Assembly: GCF_009914755.1 (NCBI RefSeq)
Contig: NC_060929.1
Reading direction: 5' to 3' (one strand)
DNA length: 64,000 bases
Source: the human T2T-CHM13v2.0 reference genome, Homo sapiens
Positions 25,369-38,028 of this stretch are shown here, piece by piece. Position numbers and translations under genes: made by a program. The notes under the pieces are model-generated. The model searched no databases, had not been told where the DNA came from, and worked only from the letters and a program-made list of their open reading frames with translations. Each line of letters begins with the position of its first letter. Within the stretch, counting starts at the first letter, position 1.

Positions 25369-25923
25369 ATAGTGTGTGCTCTAGCATGTGTCATAGTGTG
25401 TGCTCTAGCATGTGTAGCATGTGCTCTAGCATGTGTCATAGTGTGTGCTCTAGCCTGTGTAGCATGTGCTCTAGCATGTGTCATAGCCTGTGCTCTAGCA
25501 TGTGTAGCATGTGCTCTAGCATGTGTCATAGTGTGTGCTCTAGCATGTGTTGTAGCATGCACTCTAGCATGTGTTGTAGCTTGTGCTCTAGCTTGTGTAG
25601 CATGTGTTCCAGCACGTGTCATAGTGTGTGCTCTAGAGTGTGTAGCATGTGTTCTAGCATGTGTCATAGCATGTGCTCTAGCATGTGTAACATGTGCTCT
25701 AGTATGTAGCATGTGCTCTACCATGTATCATAGTATGTGTTCTAGCTTGTGTCATAGCATGTGCTCTAGCATGTGTAGCATGTGCTCTAGTATGTAGCAT
25801 GTGCTCTATCATGTATCATAGTATGTGCTCTAGCTTGTGTCATAGCATGTGCTCTAGCATGTGTAGCATGTGCTCTAGCATATGTCATACCATGTGCTCT
25901 AGCATGTGTAGCGTGTGCTCTAG
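25369..25923. repeat. Compound minisatellite of TAGCATGTG(CTC/TCA) 9- and 12-bp units
   Basis: Units tagcatgtgctc, tagcatgtgtca, tagtgtgtgctc and tagcatgtg. Higher-order periods of about 45 bp and 88 bp. Confidence 0.95.
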
Positions 25924-26699
25924 AAGAGAGGGAGAGTTGTGTGAACATGTACAAGATGGATGGCCACTTAGAGAATCAACCATTCCTTATCTGATGTGTA
26001 TTAGGCCAATCCTACAAGTGGCACAGTGTGCAGCATTTGTTAGACACTGCAGGGCGGGAGGTAGGTGGATCATATCTTGAAAGCAGGTTCTGTTTTCATC
26101 AGGTGGGCTTGGGTTCCAGGTGGGAGAGGGATGAATTCTGGGCAGAAATAGTGAGCATAGGCAAGAGAGTGAGAATACAACACAGTGGATTAGGGCATTT
26201 CAAGCTGCTCAGCAAGTTTGTGGGAGCATTGGTGTGTGGTGTAAGTGGTGTGTGTGTGTTTGTGTGTGTATAGATGAGGTGAAGAGAGAAATGGACACAG
26301 GATAGCAAGGTAAGTATGTGCTAAGTTTTTCAGACCTCTCTTGTAAGCACTGGAGAGACACTGGTGTTCATTTGAAGGCTCACAAAGGTTCATCACAAGA
26401 AGAAGCCAATTTTACATAAGAAACGCATATGAAAACTAAGTGCCATGTCACACACTACTCTATTGATGTAGTCATATGGAAAAAAATGTAAAATTATGGG
26501 CTGGAATGATATCTACTTCTGGGAAAAGAGAGAAAGGAAAAGGATGAGGGATGAAAACAATAGGGACATAAAATTAAATAAAACATATGAAGCCAAATGA
26601 TGAATAAGGGTTAATTGGGGTGATGGGCACTTATTATTATTACTACTTGTTTGAATCTTACAACTTTTCAAGGGAAAACCATTGATATCCTTGTGGCTA

Positions 26700-27480
26700 G
26701 TGGTTGGGAAGGGGTCTGAACTAGGAGGATGGTAACAGGGAGATAAGAGATTAAAGGACCTGAATTAGGGCAGCAGCCATGGGGACAGACAGGACGAGGC
26801 ACAGCTGAGAAATGTTGGTATGAGGCTTCTCAGGATTGATGATGACGGAGTGGAGGGAGAGCAGGAAGTGGCTGAACGTGAATGAAGGCGCATGGGGTTG
26901 CTGATGATGCTGGCTGTGGGGCTGGCCTGCACTGTGGAATGAGTGAGTCATCCAGTATGGCTTGATCTCCAGAGGGACATTAAGTGTCTGTAAGACATGT
27001 AGGCAAAGACATCCACTAAGTGGCTGTATTAGTCCATTTTCAGACTGCTATAAAGATACTACCTGACTCTGGATAATTTATAAACAGAAGAGGATTAATT
27101 GACTCACACTTCCCCATGGCTGGAGAGGCCTTGGGAAACTTACAATCATGGCAGAAGGCAAAGGGGAAGCACGCACCTCCTTCACAAAGCAAATCGCCCC
27201 CATGATCCAATCACTTCACAACAAGTCCCTCCCTCAACATGTAGGGATTACAATTTGAGAGGAGATTTGGGTGGGGACACAGAAACAAACCATATAAGCT
27301 GCTAAGGAAATGTTTCTGAAGGCCAAGAGAGGTGTGAACCAGAAATGTAGACTTAGGGACTACAAGATGGGAGATATTTTCCAGAGAGAGTGGACAGAGG
27401 AGAGGACAGCCATGGAGGGAGGTGCTAGGCTTCTCAGGGTACAACAAGGTCTTAGGCAGCAATAAGGACCATGTCGGAGA
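26700..27480 (-). mobile_element. L2 fragment interrupted by an MST/THE1 LTR
   Basis: gacctgaattagggcagcagccatggggac and gaggcttctcagg; gacatccactaag resumes after the LTR. Confidence 0.5.
27025..27297 (-). mobile_element. MSTA/THE1D-like LTR, internally deleted
   Basis: tgtattagtccatttt...gctataaagatac...ggggacacagaaacaaaccatat, shorter than a full LTR. Confidence 0.85.
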
Positions 27481-29455
27481 GAGAGCAGATCATAGTTGTG
27501 GCAGGCATTCCTGTAAGTATTGACACCGACTGCTTAGTTTAATTCCCATTACAGCCCTTTCAGGCTGAGTAGATAGGTGAGGTCATTTGTTCATGGTCTC
27601 AGGGTCATTCTAAGACTTGGCAGTGTGGCTCCAGTCAATAGCACATGCAGGGACAGTGGAAGCTTGTAATGCCAGAAAAAAGAGAAGTCTTCCCTTTCAT
27701 TCTTTTCTAAGTGGGCTTTGGTCTTTCTCACTGATGTGAGGGACGTGAGTTAGGAGAAGGTCAGTTGGTGACTGCCTGAATTTCAAATCCGGTAAGTGTT
27801 TCTATGCCTTATAATTCTGGTATCACATCAAACAGTGCTGCGCACCCTTCATGCTTCTGATGCTGCCTCGTGACTCTAAAGCTGCTGCATAAAGAAGACC
27901 AGGGATGATGAGTCCCAAATTAAAAGAATTTCCAAACAGAACTTTCCTGACCCTGACTTCAACTCACATGTGTGCATGCACACAGTTTAGAAAATAATAA
28001 TTTAAAAACCCAATGAATTCTGATAAATACGTGTTTTAGGAACTCACTCCTTGCACTATTGGAATTGGAAGTGTTGGCGTGGGAACAGGTAGAGAGCAGA
28101 AAGTATTGACTTCGGCTGCACTGCTTTCCCCCTCGCGGGATCAGACACAGTCTCCAATCCTTTGGCAATTGAGTAAATTGTTATGCTATTAAAGTCAATA
28201 ATCTTGATGATCAGAATTTTTCAATACAGAGTTTGTTTCTGAGATTTTTTAACATAATTTTCTTGGTTTATAATAGTTTATTTGCTTCCCATATCCCTTT
28301 ACTCTATAATGAACTAATAATTTTGCCACATAATAAATGTTATAGGGAGGGAGAGAATTTAAACAGTAAAAGCATGCAGCAGGGAGAATATTAATGGATT
28401 CATTTTAGTTTTGGCTTCAGTACTGTATCTGAGTCCCTGTTATTTTTTTCACATTAGAGGTGGAGAGAACATGAAATTTAGATAGCAAATATTTGCTTCA
28501 GTAATTTGAACTATATCTTTTTAACCAATTCTATCTGCAGTTCCACGCTTAATACAAAATACTTAATTCTGTATGTGATCCTGTCCTACTATTTTTTGTA
28601 TTTCTATCCTAAATATCTTAACACATAAAGAGAAATGTGAATAATGAAGGTATAATTCACATTCTTTGAGATTCAGACTTCATTGGTTAAACTGAGGCAC
28701 TGTTTTGGCCGTCCTTTCTAGGTAGTCCTAATAATTATATGTCACATTCAAAACAGATACTTAAAATAATTATTACAAGACTATTATGGGTATTGTCTCA
28801 AAAAAATTGAGGGTGAAGCATGTTTTGGAATAGATCACCATTTCTTGCCTACATGTAAGTGTCATTGAGATGCTTAAAGCCTATTTCTCTCGTATGGCTC
28901 CACTTCCTTCAAAGCACTTGTAATACAACAGTCTACAGTCTGGCTACTCTCTAGGGTCTAAGTAACATAGAAGATCATTTCTCAGAAGCATAACCTGAAA
29001 GAAAGGTTTTTATTTGTTTATGTTTGTTTTGGTTGTTTATACCTCATTGGCCTTCGCCTATGAAACAGTCAAGGTGAAGGAAAGAGAACAGTTTAAAAAA
29101 GATAATGATTTTCATGTTTCGAGAAGAAAATGTTTAACTAGTTTTACCTAAGAACAAAACCAAAGTTTCCCAATGCTTTGGCTCATGTACAATATGCTTC
29201 ATCAGTTTTTAAAAGGCAGCTCAGAAACTCAGTGAGAAACTCTACGTTTCTTCATGTTACCACCTACACATTTTAATCATCCATCATTATCTCACATGGC
29301 AGTTTTAGGTTTTTGCATGAAAATAATACCTTCCAGATATTATTATTACAGGTGTTGTTTAGCAGTGGGTTAAATAATTTGAATGTAGAAAAACCCCATC
29401 TTAAAATTTTAATCAGAAGAAAGACCAAAATTGATTAATATATAAATTTCTATTA

Positions 29456-29528
29456 CAGGTTGAGCTTCCCAATTCTGAAAATCTGGAATCCTAAACACTT
29501 TTGGTCCCAAGCATTTTGGGTAAGCCTG
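29456..29528. mobile_element. Tigger-derived (MER46-like) mini-MITE
   Basis: TA|caggttgag...ttttggtcccaagcattttgggtaagcctg|TA, with a TA TSD. Confidence 0.7.
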
Positions 29529-29798
29529 TATGAATAAACACGTTATTTCGGAGGCACCTTGTCAGCTTAGAGGGCCTGAGCCTTCTTCTCCCTCTGGCTA
29601 GGGGCAAGGGCAGAAGAAATGCCCAGTGTGGATCCAGTTTTGTAAATAGTAAAACTTTCATTTCGGGTAATTGCATTTAGTCCTTCTGGTCAAGTTCATA
29701 GTTTTATTGGTTTGACTTTATATGAATATGGAGGCTGACATTAGGTAGTTACCTTAATGTTTTATTATATGTAAATCATAGATTTTAGAGATAGAGAG

Positions 29799-30205
<407 letters not shown>

Positions 30206-30885
30206 CTATGGTTGAGCGTTATCTCCACTGTCCAGTAGCAAAGGAGACACGTGGGCTGAGGAGGCCTGGACAGGGGCAGGCAGGTGAGAAGAGAGCCTGA
30301 GTGAGGCACCTCAGTGCTAGGAGCTGCTGGGCTGAAGGGATCATTCAGAGATGTGATGGGTAGCTTATATCTGTGCAGGCCAATGCTCAAGGAACACAAG
30401 TCTCCACCATCCTGCACGTAGTTCTTGGTACTTTGAAGTTGGGTGCCATGACACAACACTAGGAAGGGGAAGGTGAAGGGAGTGACGTATTTTCATCCAT
30501 CCCATCAAAATGGAAATTGCCAGTGATGATAGGAAAAATATATTTTTTTAAATCTGAGTGTAGCAAGGTACATAACGCTTCCTGTGAATCAACTGGGTGG
30601 GGAAGCTTTTCAGGCTGGCCAGATGCTCATCTATTAGAATGGGGATTGAATAAGTAGACCCTCATGAAATCTTGATCTCATCAGTTCTTCCCCTGATTTA
30701 CCTAAGTTGTTGACACCACTGTCCTCTCAGTCACTCAAATTGTAGCCTTCATTCCTTTTCCTCCCTGCATTTAGTCCATTATATAGCTCACAGATTATTG
30801 GATTCATTTTTCTCTTCATTTCGATTTCCTTCAACTGCTTGAGATCTTAAAGAATTTTTGCTTTTGGTCCTCTAATACACACCTC

Positions 30886-31410
30886 AGGTAGATGCTACAT
30901 TGATAAGTTCCAATGTACCATAACCTCTGGTATTTACGTTCTTGTGTAGTCCCCTCCCACATTGACCTTGGGTATTGTTATGTGACTACATATAGCCAAT
31001 GGGACATCACCAAGGTTGATGCAAGAGAAGTCTTGATAAGCACTTACTCATTGGGACTTGCCCTCTTGGGACTCTCCTTCTTGGAACTCAGCTGCCATGC
31101 TGGGAGGAAGCCCAAGCAACCATGTGAAAAGGCCCAAGTGAGAGAATACTGAGGTCCCCTACTGGTGCACCTGAGCTCCCAGCAGGTGACCTAGGACAAC
31201 AATCATGAGTGAGTGAGTCATCCTGAATGTCCCATCCTGGTTAAGTCTCCAAATGCCTGTGGTCCCAGCTGAAATTACATGTAGCTGAAGAACTTCCTAA
31301 CCTGATGACTTCCAAGCCCGATCACTTACAAAATCATGAGACATAGTAAGACTTTTGGGTTTTTTCTTGCGGTTGTATTTTAAGCCACTATGTTTTGGAG
31401 TAGCTTACTG
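30886..31410 (+). mobile_element. MLT1 (H/F-like) LTR
   Basis: gtagtcccctcccacattga...agccaatgggac...gctgccatgctgggaggaagcccaag...tttaagccactatgttttgg. Confidence 0.75.
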
Positions 31411-31429
31411 CAAAACATAGTGGCTTAAA
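31379..31429. repeat. Near-perfect inverted repeat (hairpin)
   Basis: Arms tttaagccactatgttttg and caaaacatagtggcttaaa are exact reverse complements (19 bp), followed by a G:G mismatch, 4 more pairs and a 3-nt loop. Confidence 0.95.
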
Positions 31430-31983
31430 CATTATTACTATTTTTTTTTCATATTTCTGCTCCCTCACTTCTGGTTGTTACCAACCCCACTTCACTTTTC
31501 CTTCGCTTACTCATCCTCAAATATCCTGGTTCCCTGTCTAATTGGGATGCTCACCTTTCTCCATACCACTCTCTGGCTCTCTCTAACATTTCTTCTGCTT
31601 GCAGTGGCTTCTCCTGAATTACCAGTCAGTGCCTCCTGTGAGCCAATGCATCTTCCAAATGCCTTGAGCTTTATTAATCCCCATGAAGGTCAGGCATCCT
31701 TCTCTCCACAGTACCTTCACTGCTGCCTGTATTGCTTCTGCTTGGCACCTCCTTCTCCTCTGCTGATGTTTTTAAATTGCTAACTCCAAGTACCATTTTA
31801 GGTCTTCCACAATGCCTGGAACATGCTGAACATGTGTTTCTTGAGTTGAGGTCTCTAATTGTCTAGGTTAGAACACAGGGCTCTCATAAGTACAAGCATC
31901 ACACTGCGTACAAATGTGATAAGCCACATAGGAAATCACAGGGTGGATCTGGAATTACGAAAGTTAGAACACAAAGAGCAGAG

Positions 31984-32673
31984 TGTAACCACCCAATGGG
32001 TTCACCTTTCCCACTGTCCAGACAGAGCCGATTTATCAAGATAGGGGAATTGCCATAGAGAAAGAGTAATTCACACAAAGCCAGTTCTGTGGGAGACTGG
32101 AGTTTCATTATTACTCAAATCAGTCTCCCTGAGCATTCGGGGACAGAGTTTTTAAGGATAACTTGATGGGTAAGGGAAGACATAGGAGTCAAGAGAGCTC
32201 ATTGGTTGGTTCAGAGATGAAATAATGGGAAGTCAAGGCTGTCTTCTTGTGCTGAGTCAGTTCCTGAGTGGGGGCCACAAGATCAGATGAGCCAGTTTAT
32301 TGATCTGGGTGACGCTGGCTGATCCATCAAGTGCAGAGTCTGCAAAATATCTCAAGCACTGATCTTAGGAGCAGTTTAAGGAGGGTCAGGATCTTGTAGC
32401 CTCTAGCTGCATGACTCCTAAACCATATTTTCTAATCTTGTGGCTTATTTGTTAGTCCTGCAAAGGCAATCTAGTCCCCAGGCAAGAAGGAGGTTTGTTT
32501 TGGGCAAGAGCTGTTATTGTCTTTGTTTTAAACTATAAGCTTAGTTCCTCCCAAAGTTAGTTGAGCCTACACCCAGGAAAGAACGAGGACAGCTTAAAGG
32601 TTAGAAGCAAAATAAGTCGGTTAGGTTAGATCTCTCGCACTGTCTCAGTCATAATTTTGCAAAGGCAACTTCA
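31984..32673 (-). mobile_element. LTR8 solo LTR (ERV1)
   Basis: Minus strand begins TGAAGTTGCCTTTGCAAAATTATGACTGAGACAG. The other end is tgtaaccacccaatgggttcacc. TSD agag/aaag. Confidence 0.9.
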
Positions 32674-33600
32674 AAAGGAGCAATGTAATAACAATCTTCA
32701 TATATTGTGGAACCCTTTATAACACCAGTGTTTAAAGAGTAGAATTGACATTTGGCTTATACGTCCTTAAGTTCTTCCATTTTTTTAATAATATGTAAGT
32801 GCTATGTTTCTGGGAACATGATTAAATCCTACACAGTATTTCCAAGGGACAAAAGGATATACTTAGACAGATAAGCAGAGATAGATATCAGAGAAAGAGA
32901 GAAGTTAAATTCTTCATGTAATCTACTCAGGACTACCATTTCAGTTAAAAGTTGAATGAGAAATGAATTAATCCCTACACATTAAGGATGAGGACCAGGG
33001 AGAATGCAGTATTGTTTCACAGCATAGGATATCGAAACAAGATGGCAGATGGTTTCCTAACCGCGTCCCATCCTGATGCATGACAGCATGTGTTGATGAG
33101 ACTTCAGTGTACTGCAGTCACTGTCTTCTGGGTGGAGCTGAGTTCAGGGCCTGGGCTGTGGCTCTTATTTCTGGCTGTGAGGGCCATGGGGGTCCAGGGT
33201 GATTTACGAATGTGCTTGTGGTAAAATAATACTGTCTTGGGAGCCTCTCACTTCTCCCTTTCATGTTTTGTAGGCAGGAAGAATTTCAGAGAAAATTAAA
33301 ATAGAGAATGAATGAGGACCCCAGTGGAAAAGGACAATTGCGCTTACCCTTCTTCCATTCATTTCTTGGCCTCTGCTGCCCTGGTACTGTCTTTATGCCT
33401 TTGTAAAACTCTTTGTCAGCCTAAAGGGCCCGAGCCTCTTTTTCTCCTCTACTTATTTAACAGGGCCTTTCTTCTGTCCTTGCCCCTGGCCAAGATTTTA
33501 GTTTCAAATAGATTTTTAGTTTAGGCAAGAAATAAAGAATGGAGGTACAAACTACTCTTAAAACAATTATGTTTATAAAGATTTTAAAAAAACACAACTT

Positions 33601-34565
33601 TGAAACCACCTTTGCAAAAATTATATCAATGAGAAAATTATGGCAGTGGAGGGGAGATCTGATCAAGCCAATGTCCTTCTTGCCTTTAGCTTTCAAGCTG
33701 TCTCAATTATTCCGGAGCTTGGGCCAAGCTAATTTTGGAAGACATTTAGATCATAAACAAAAATAGCTCTTCCCCAAAACTCAACCACCTTTGAAAAGCT
33801 AATAAGAAACTACTAGGCTAGGGGGAGAAGAGGAGCCTGAATTCTGCGACCCTATGGACAGTTCACAAGATATGCAACTTCTCCAATTACTCCTGCAGAT
33901 AATATCACTGCTGCCGACTGGCCCCTGAGAGATCTTTTCAGGTTCTCTTCATGTCTGACACCCATGACTCCACCTGGACCTGATGCCTCCCCCTGGAACT
34001 GCCAACCCCCTCCTATGGCCCCACCCAAGAGCAACTCAGCTCTAGAGGACAGCTTCGACCCCCGATGATTTCATCTCCACCCCAACCAGTTAGCAGCAAG
34101 CACCCACTTTTAGCCAACCCCAACTTTCCCCCGTTAAAGCAAATTAAATATGCCCCAAAAAGTCCTTGCGGACAGACCATAACCCAAATTAATAGGTACA
34201 TAAGATTGAAAACCTAACGTAGGAGAATGCATCTGTAACAATCACTGAGTTTTGGCCAATCTTAGCAGCCATATGTCAGCCACTCATACACTGCTGAGTG
34301 TTCCAACTGTGTTCAAAGAGGGCAAATGCCACCTGTAATCAATCCAGCTGTTTCTGTTCCTCACTTCCGATGTCTGCACCTTACTTCCCTTTTTGTCCAG
34401 AAATCTTCTTCCACCACAGGGCTGCACTGGAGTCTGTGAATCCGCTGTGATTCTGGGGGCTGCTTGATTTGCGAATCATTCATTGCTCAATTAATCACCT
34501 TTAAATTTAATTCGGCTAAAGTTTTTCTTTTATCACCCCCAAACTGCCTTTGAAAAACTCTTAAC
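33601..34565 (+). mobile_element. LTR8A/LTR8B-like LTR, 3'-truncated, hosting MER57
   Basis: Starts tgaaaccacctttgcaaaaattata, resumes after MER57 at cccccaaactgcctttgaaaaac, then stops. Confidence 0.75.
34132..34535 (+). mobile_element. MER57 (A1/B-like) solo LTR
   Basis: (c)gttaaagcaaattaaatatg ... tttaaatttaattcggctaaagtttttcttttatca. TSD cccc. Confidence 0.9.
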
Positions 34566-34683
34566 ATTTACAGGGCAATCCATGTAAATATTCACTGTGT
34601 GCTCAGTGATGTTGGACATTATAAGCAATATGCTTCAAGCAGATAAAACAATTGTCTTAAATACTTAGTGATCTTCCATTTTG

Positions 34684-34797
34684 GAGAGGTAATAAAGAAA
34701 CTATGTGTTAAAAATCTCAGTTGCTCACTGTTCTTGGCAATGAGAGGTAATAAAGAAAATGTGTGTTAAAAATCTCAGTTGCTCACTGTTCTTGGCC
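34684..34797. repeat. 58-bp tandem duplication
   Basis: gagaggtaataaagaaa..tgtgttaaaaatctcagttgctcactgttcttggc occurs at 34684 and 34742. Confidence 0.92.
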
Positions 34798-35339
34798 AAC
34801 TGCATGTCCAAACCCCAGTTTGATTGCATCTCTAACCAGGCATCTACATAGCTGATTCCGACAAACCAGCCTCACTTCTCCTCTCCCACGTGGATTTTGG
34901 AGACATGTATAAGATGTGAGCTCTGAAAATATTTGGCAAAGATCTCAAGCTCTGCATGCTAGTATTATGGGTGGATGCAGCATTTACTAGTCAATCAACA
35001 CAGTCATAGGCTTGTATGACACCATGGACCATCAGCTTGCACTGGTTGAAAATCCCATAGTCTCTCTCAGCTTGTCACTCTCACTGTTCCCTCTGCCCCA
35101 GACATTCTTGCCTACCATAAACAGCCCATCCTCAATGCCAAGTCCTCTGCAGAGCCTGTTTCAATTCCCTGTAAACCTGAGCAAGACACTCTCTCTTGTC
35201 CCACATCACCCTTTGCAGCCCTCGCTTTGCTTATTTCACCTTTTGTTGCTTTCTCTGTGTGCTCCACTATTTGACGTGTCCTGTGGGCAGGCACTCTTTC
35301 TAATTCTCTCTCTGATACCTCCATATTAATCACAGAATG

Positions 35340-35840
35340 GCATCGCTGTGTTCAGGGTGGTAGCTGTAAGTCACACACGGGTGTTGAGCACAGGAAATGT
35401 GGCTGGTGTGCCCAAGGAACTGCATTTTCACTTCAATTAAAGAAAACTGCAAGTGTAAAAAATACACAACAGATCTTGAGGACCTAGGACAGAAATAAGT
35501 ATATAAAATATGCATAATGTCTATATTTATTTTGTGTTAAAATGAAAATATTTTGAATATGTTAGGTTAAATAAAATCAGTTTTTGAAAATAACTTCCCT
35601 TGTTTCTTTAAAAATTTTTAATGTGGCTACTAGAACATTTAAAATTACATCCATCAAGGGAATGCAGGTAACAATGTAGGTAATATGTATGTACGTTATT
35701 CATTCCACAATGTATATAGACTTCAAAACATCATGTTGTACATGGTAAATATGTACAATTTTATCAATTAATGTAAAATGTGGTAAAATTAATTAATTAA
35801 AATTACATATATCATTAGCATTGTATTTCTACTGGACTCA
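35340..35840. mobile_element. MER33/Charlie1-type hAT MITE
   Basis: ttgagcacaggaaatgtggctggtg...aagtgtaaaaaatacac...ttttaatgtggctactagaacatttaaaattaca. Confidence 0.7.
35651..35797 (+). mobile_element. Short L1MA 3'-tail insertion inside MER33
   Basis: cattccacaatgtatatagacttcaaaacatcatgttgtaca, flanked by TSD taaaattacat (35640-35650 and 35798-35808). Confidence 0.8.
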
Positions 35841-36993
35841 CTAGATTAGTACATACTAAATATTCTAAAAATATCAAATATATTTCTAGATTTCTTTTTT
35901 TAAAAAAAACTTTGCAATGCAGAGTTGAGTGTAAGGTATATGATTTAGGAGTGATGAAAAGCTCTTTTAATAGTTGGGAAGGAAAGTGCTTTATTTTGAC
36001 CAACAAAAGAGGTAGAAGTCTGCTCATTCCAAATAGCTATGTGTAAGGTGTCCTGAAATAGATTTAGTACTTCCTGGAGCTGCTTTTTTTAGCCTGACCC
36101 CTTGTCACCTTTAGCCTCCTTTTTGAAATGAAATGTGGTCATCAGTCAAGGATTTGGGCAGAGAGGGAGCTCATGCTGTCTGTAAGTTCCTTGCTCCTAG
36201 GGTGACCCCTCATTTCCCGGCCGCTCCGCTCAGACTCCTCAAGCTTCCTGCTGCCTCCAATGCAATGGTGGAGGATGAGCTCCACTAAGGAACACATCCG
36301 GCTCACAGATCTGGCTGGCATTGCTCTGTCTTGTAACAGCAGGTTTCTCTTTACTGCCTGATTTTCTGCTACCCCTGTGGAGGGTCATTTCTGTGTGTGT
36401 GTATGTTAGCTGTCAGCCAGGGATTTGGGAAGTTTGTGCTCTGATTCTGGGTTTCACTCCTGTGACTTGTGTGCCAGGATTTCCTCTTCCTATTTCCAGC
36501 TGCTTTCCCGGCTCTAAGCTCCAAGTGCTATCACCTTCAGTTGACCAGCTGCGTCTTTGTCCCTCCCCACATCACTTTCTGCAGCCAGGGCAGCACTCCT
36601 GGACAGGAAGCCATGAACTTGCAATTCCACCATTTCTTCCAGTTGCTTTTGGGTGAGTTCTAGTGTCCTTAAGTGCTGTTTTATTTATTTTATTCCATTT
36701 TACCATTGATACCCGCGAGGAATTCACATGACTGCTTTGCCATTTCCAGAGGCACCTACCTCTGCCCGGTTTTAATGGTAACAGATAATTAATTACAGCA
36801 GCCACAACCTGAGACAGCCACATGACACATCACAGCCTTGGACAGGAGGGTCTGCACCACACTCCTAGGAAGCCACCCAGAGAAGGACTATATGATGGGT
36901 ACCAGAAGAGAGAGATGAAAGTATCAGTGTGGTCTTAGACCTGCTGCAGTGTTGGGGTTTAGCTGGTTGTGCTAGCCTCTTTCTTGCTACTTT

Positions 36994-37633
36994 TGAAGCT
37001 GCATCACTGTCTGGGATAAATACCCAGGACTCGTTGCCTTGTGCCAAGGAAATCAAGGACATGGACCCACATGGAGTGAGGTTAAGAGTGGAGGTTTAAT
37101 AGGCAAAAGAAAGAGAAAAGGGAATAGATCTCTCTCCTGTGAGAGAGAGGCGCACCTGAGTGGGACCTCTGGACCATGGCAGAGTGCACCAGATTTTATA
37201 GACAGGCTTGAGGAGGTGATGCCTGATTAACATAGGGCCCAAAGATTGGTTGGACCGGGTGTGACCTTTTCATAGCATCAGGAAGCTGGCCACTTCACCC
37301 TAATATTATTATGCAAATGGGGTCTTTACTTGGCCCACACTTTGCTGCCTGCTCCTTACTGTGCACGTGGTTGACAAAGAAAGGGGAAGATGGAGCCATC
37401 ATGTTGGACATGCCTAGACCCCAGGTCGCTTCTTCCTATTGGCAAAGGTGCCAGCATTCACCCGTGCAAGCTTCCAGCTTGCTTGTCTATGTCTGCAGCT
37501 TGATTTTACAGGTTGCTCTTTGTCAGAAAAGAAAATGATTTTGGGGGCTGCTTTTCATTAAAAGAAAAACCTTTCCGAGGACTTCCCTACCCTCGCTATC
37601 TGCCTAAATAATTTCTTCTTAACTCCTGTATCA
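36994..37633 (-). mobile_element. LTR9 (HUERS-P3-type) solo LTR
   Basis: Minus strand begins TGATACAGGAGTTAAGAAGAAATTATTTAGGCAGATAG. TSD cttt/cgtt. Confidence 0.88.
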
Positions 37634-38028
37634 CGTTCCTTGGGAAATTAGATGAAGCATAATCTGGAAGAGCTGTTTTCAGTGGGGGTGAAGTTGCTCT
37701 AAGAGCCAAGTGATCTGAGTAGGGCAGGAGGGAGCCTGCAGGGGATGCTGTGTCCACTGCCTCGATTTCTCCATCAGGGCTGAAATCCTTACTCAGCCTC
37801 CTGGAGTGTGAGATGCTGGCTCACACATGTATTAATCTTCAGGAGTTCCCCTGAAAAGAGCTTTTTACCCAGGAGGTAGAAAGGCCAGGTTCCCTTCCAT
37901 GAAACGAGACAGCTTTGAAGGGTCATCCTATCCCCAGGTAGCCCTTTTGAAAATGCAGTGCATTTTGCATTTTCTTTCTCTTAGCCCTGCTTCCCTCACT
38001 TCCCTCACTCCCCTTCAGGGCCTGCTTC

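Noticed and set aside
25369-25923. Possible CRISPR-like array, p53 response-element array or keratin-associated/metallothionein gene
   Set aside because: There are no unique spacers. The CATG cores are 5 or 8 nt apart rather than the 6 nt of a canonical p53 site, and their flanks fit poorly. The Cys-rich translation simply reflects the repeat unit.
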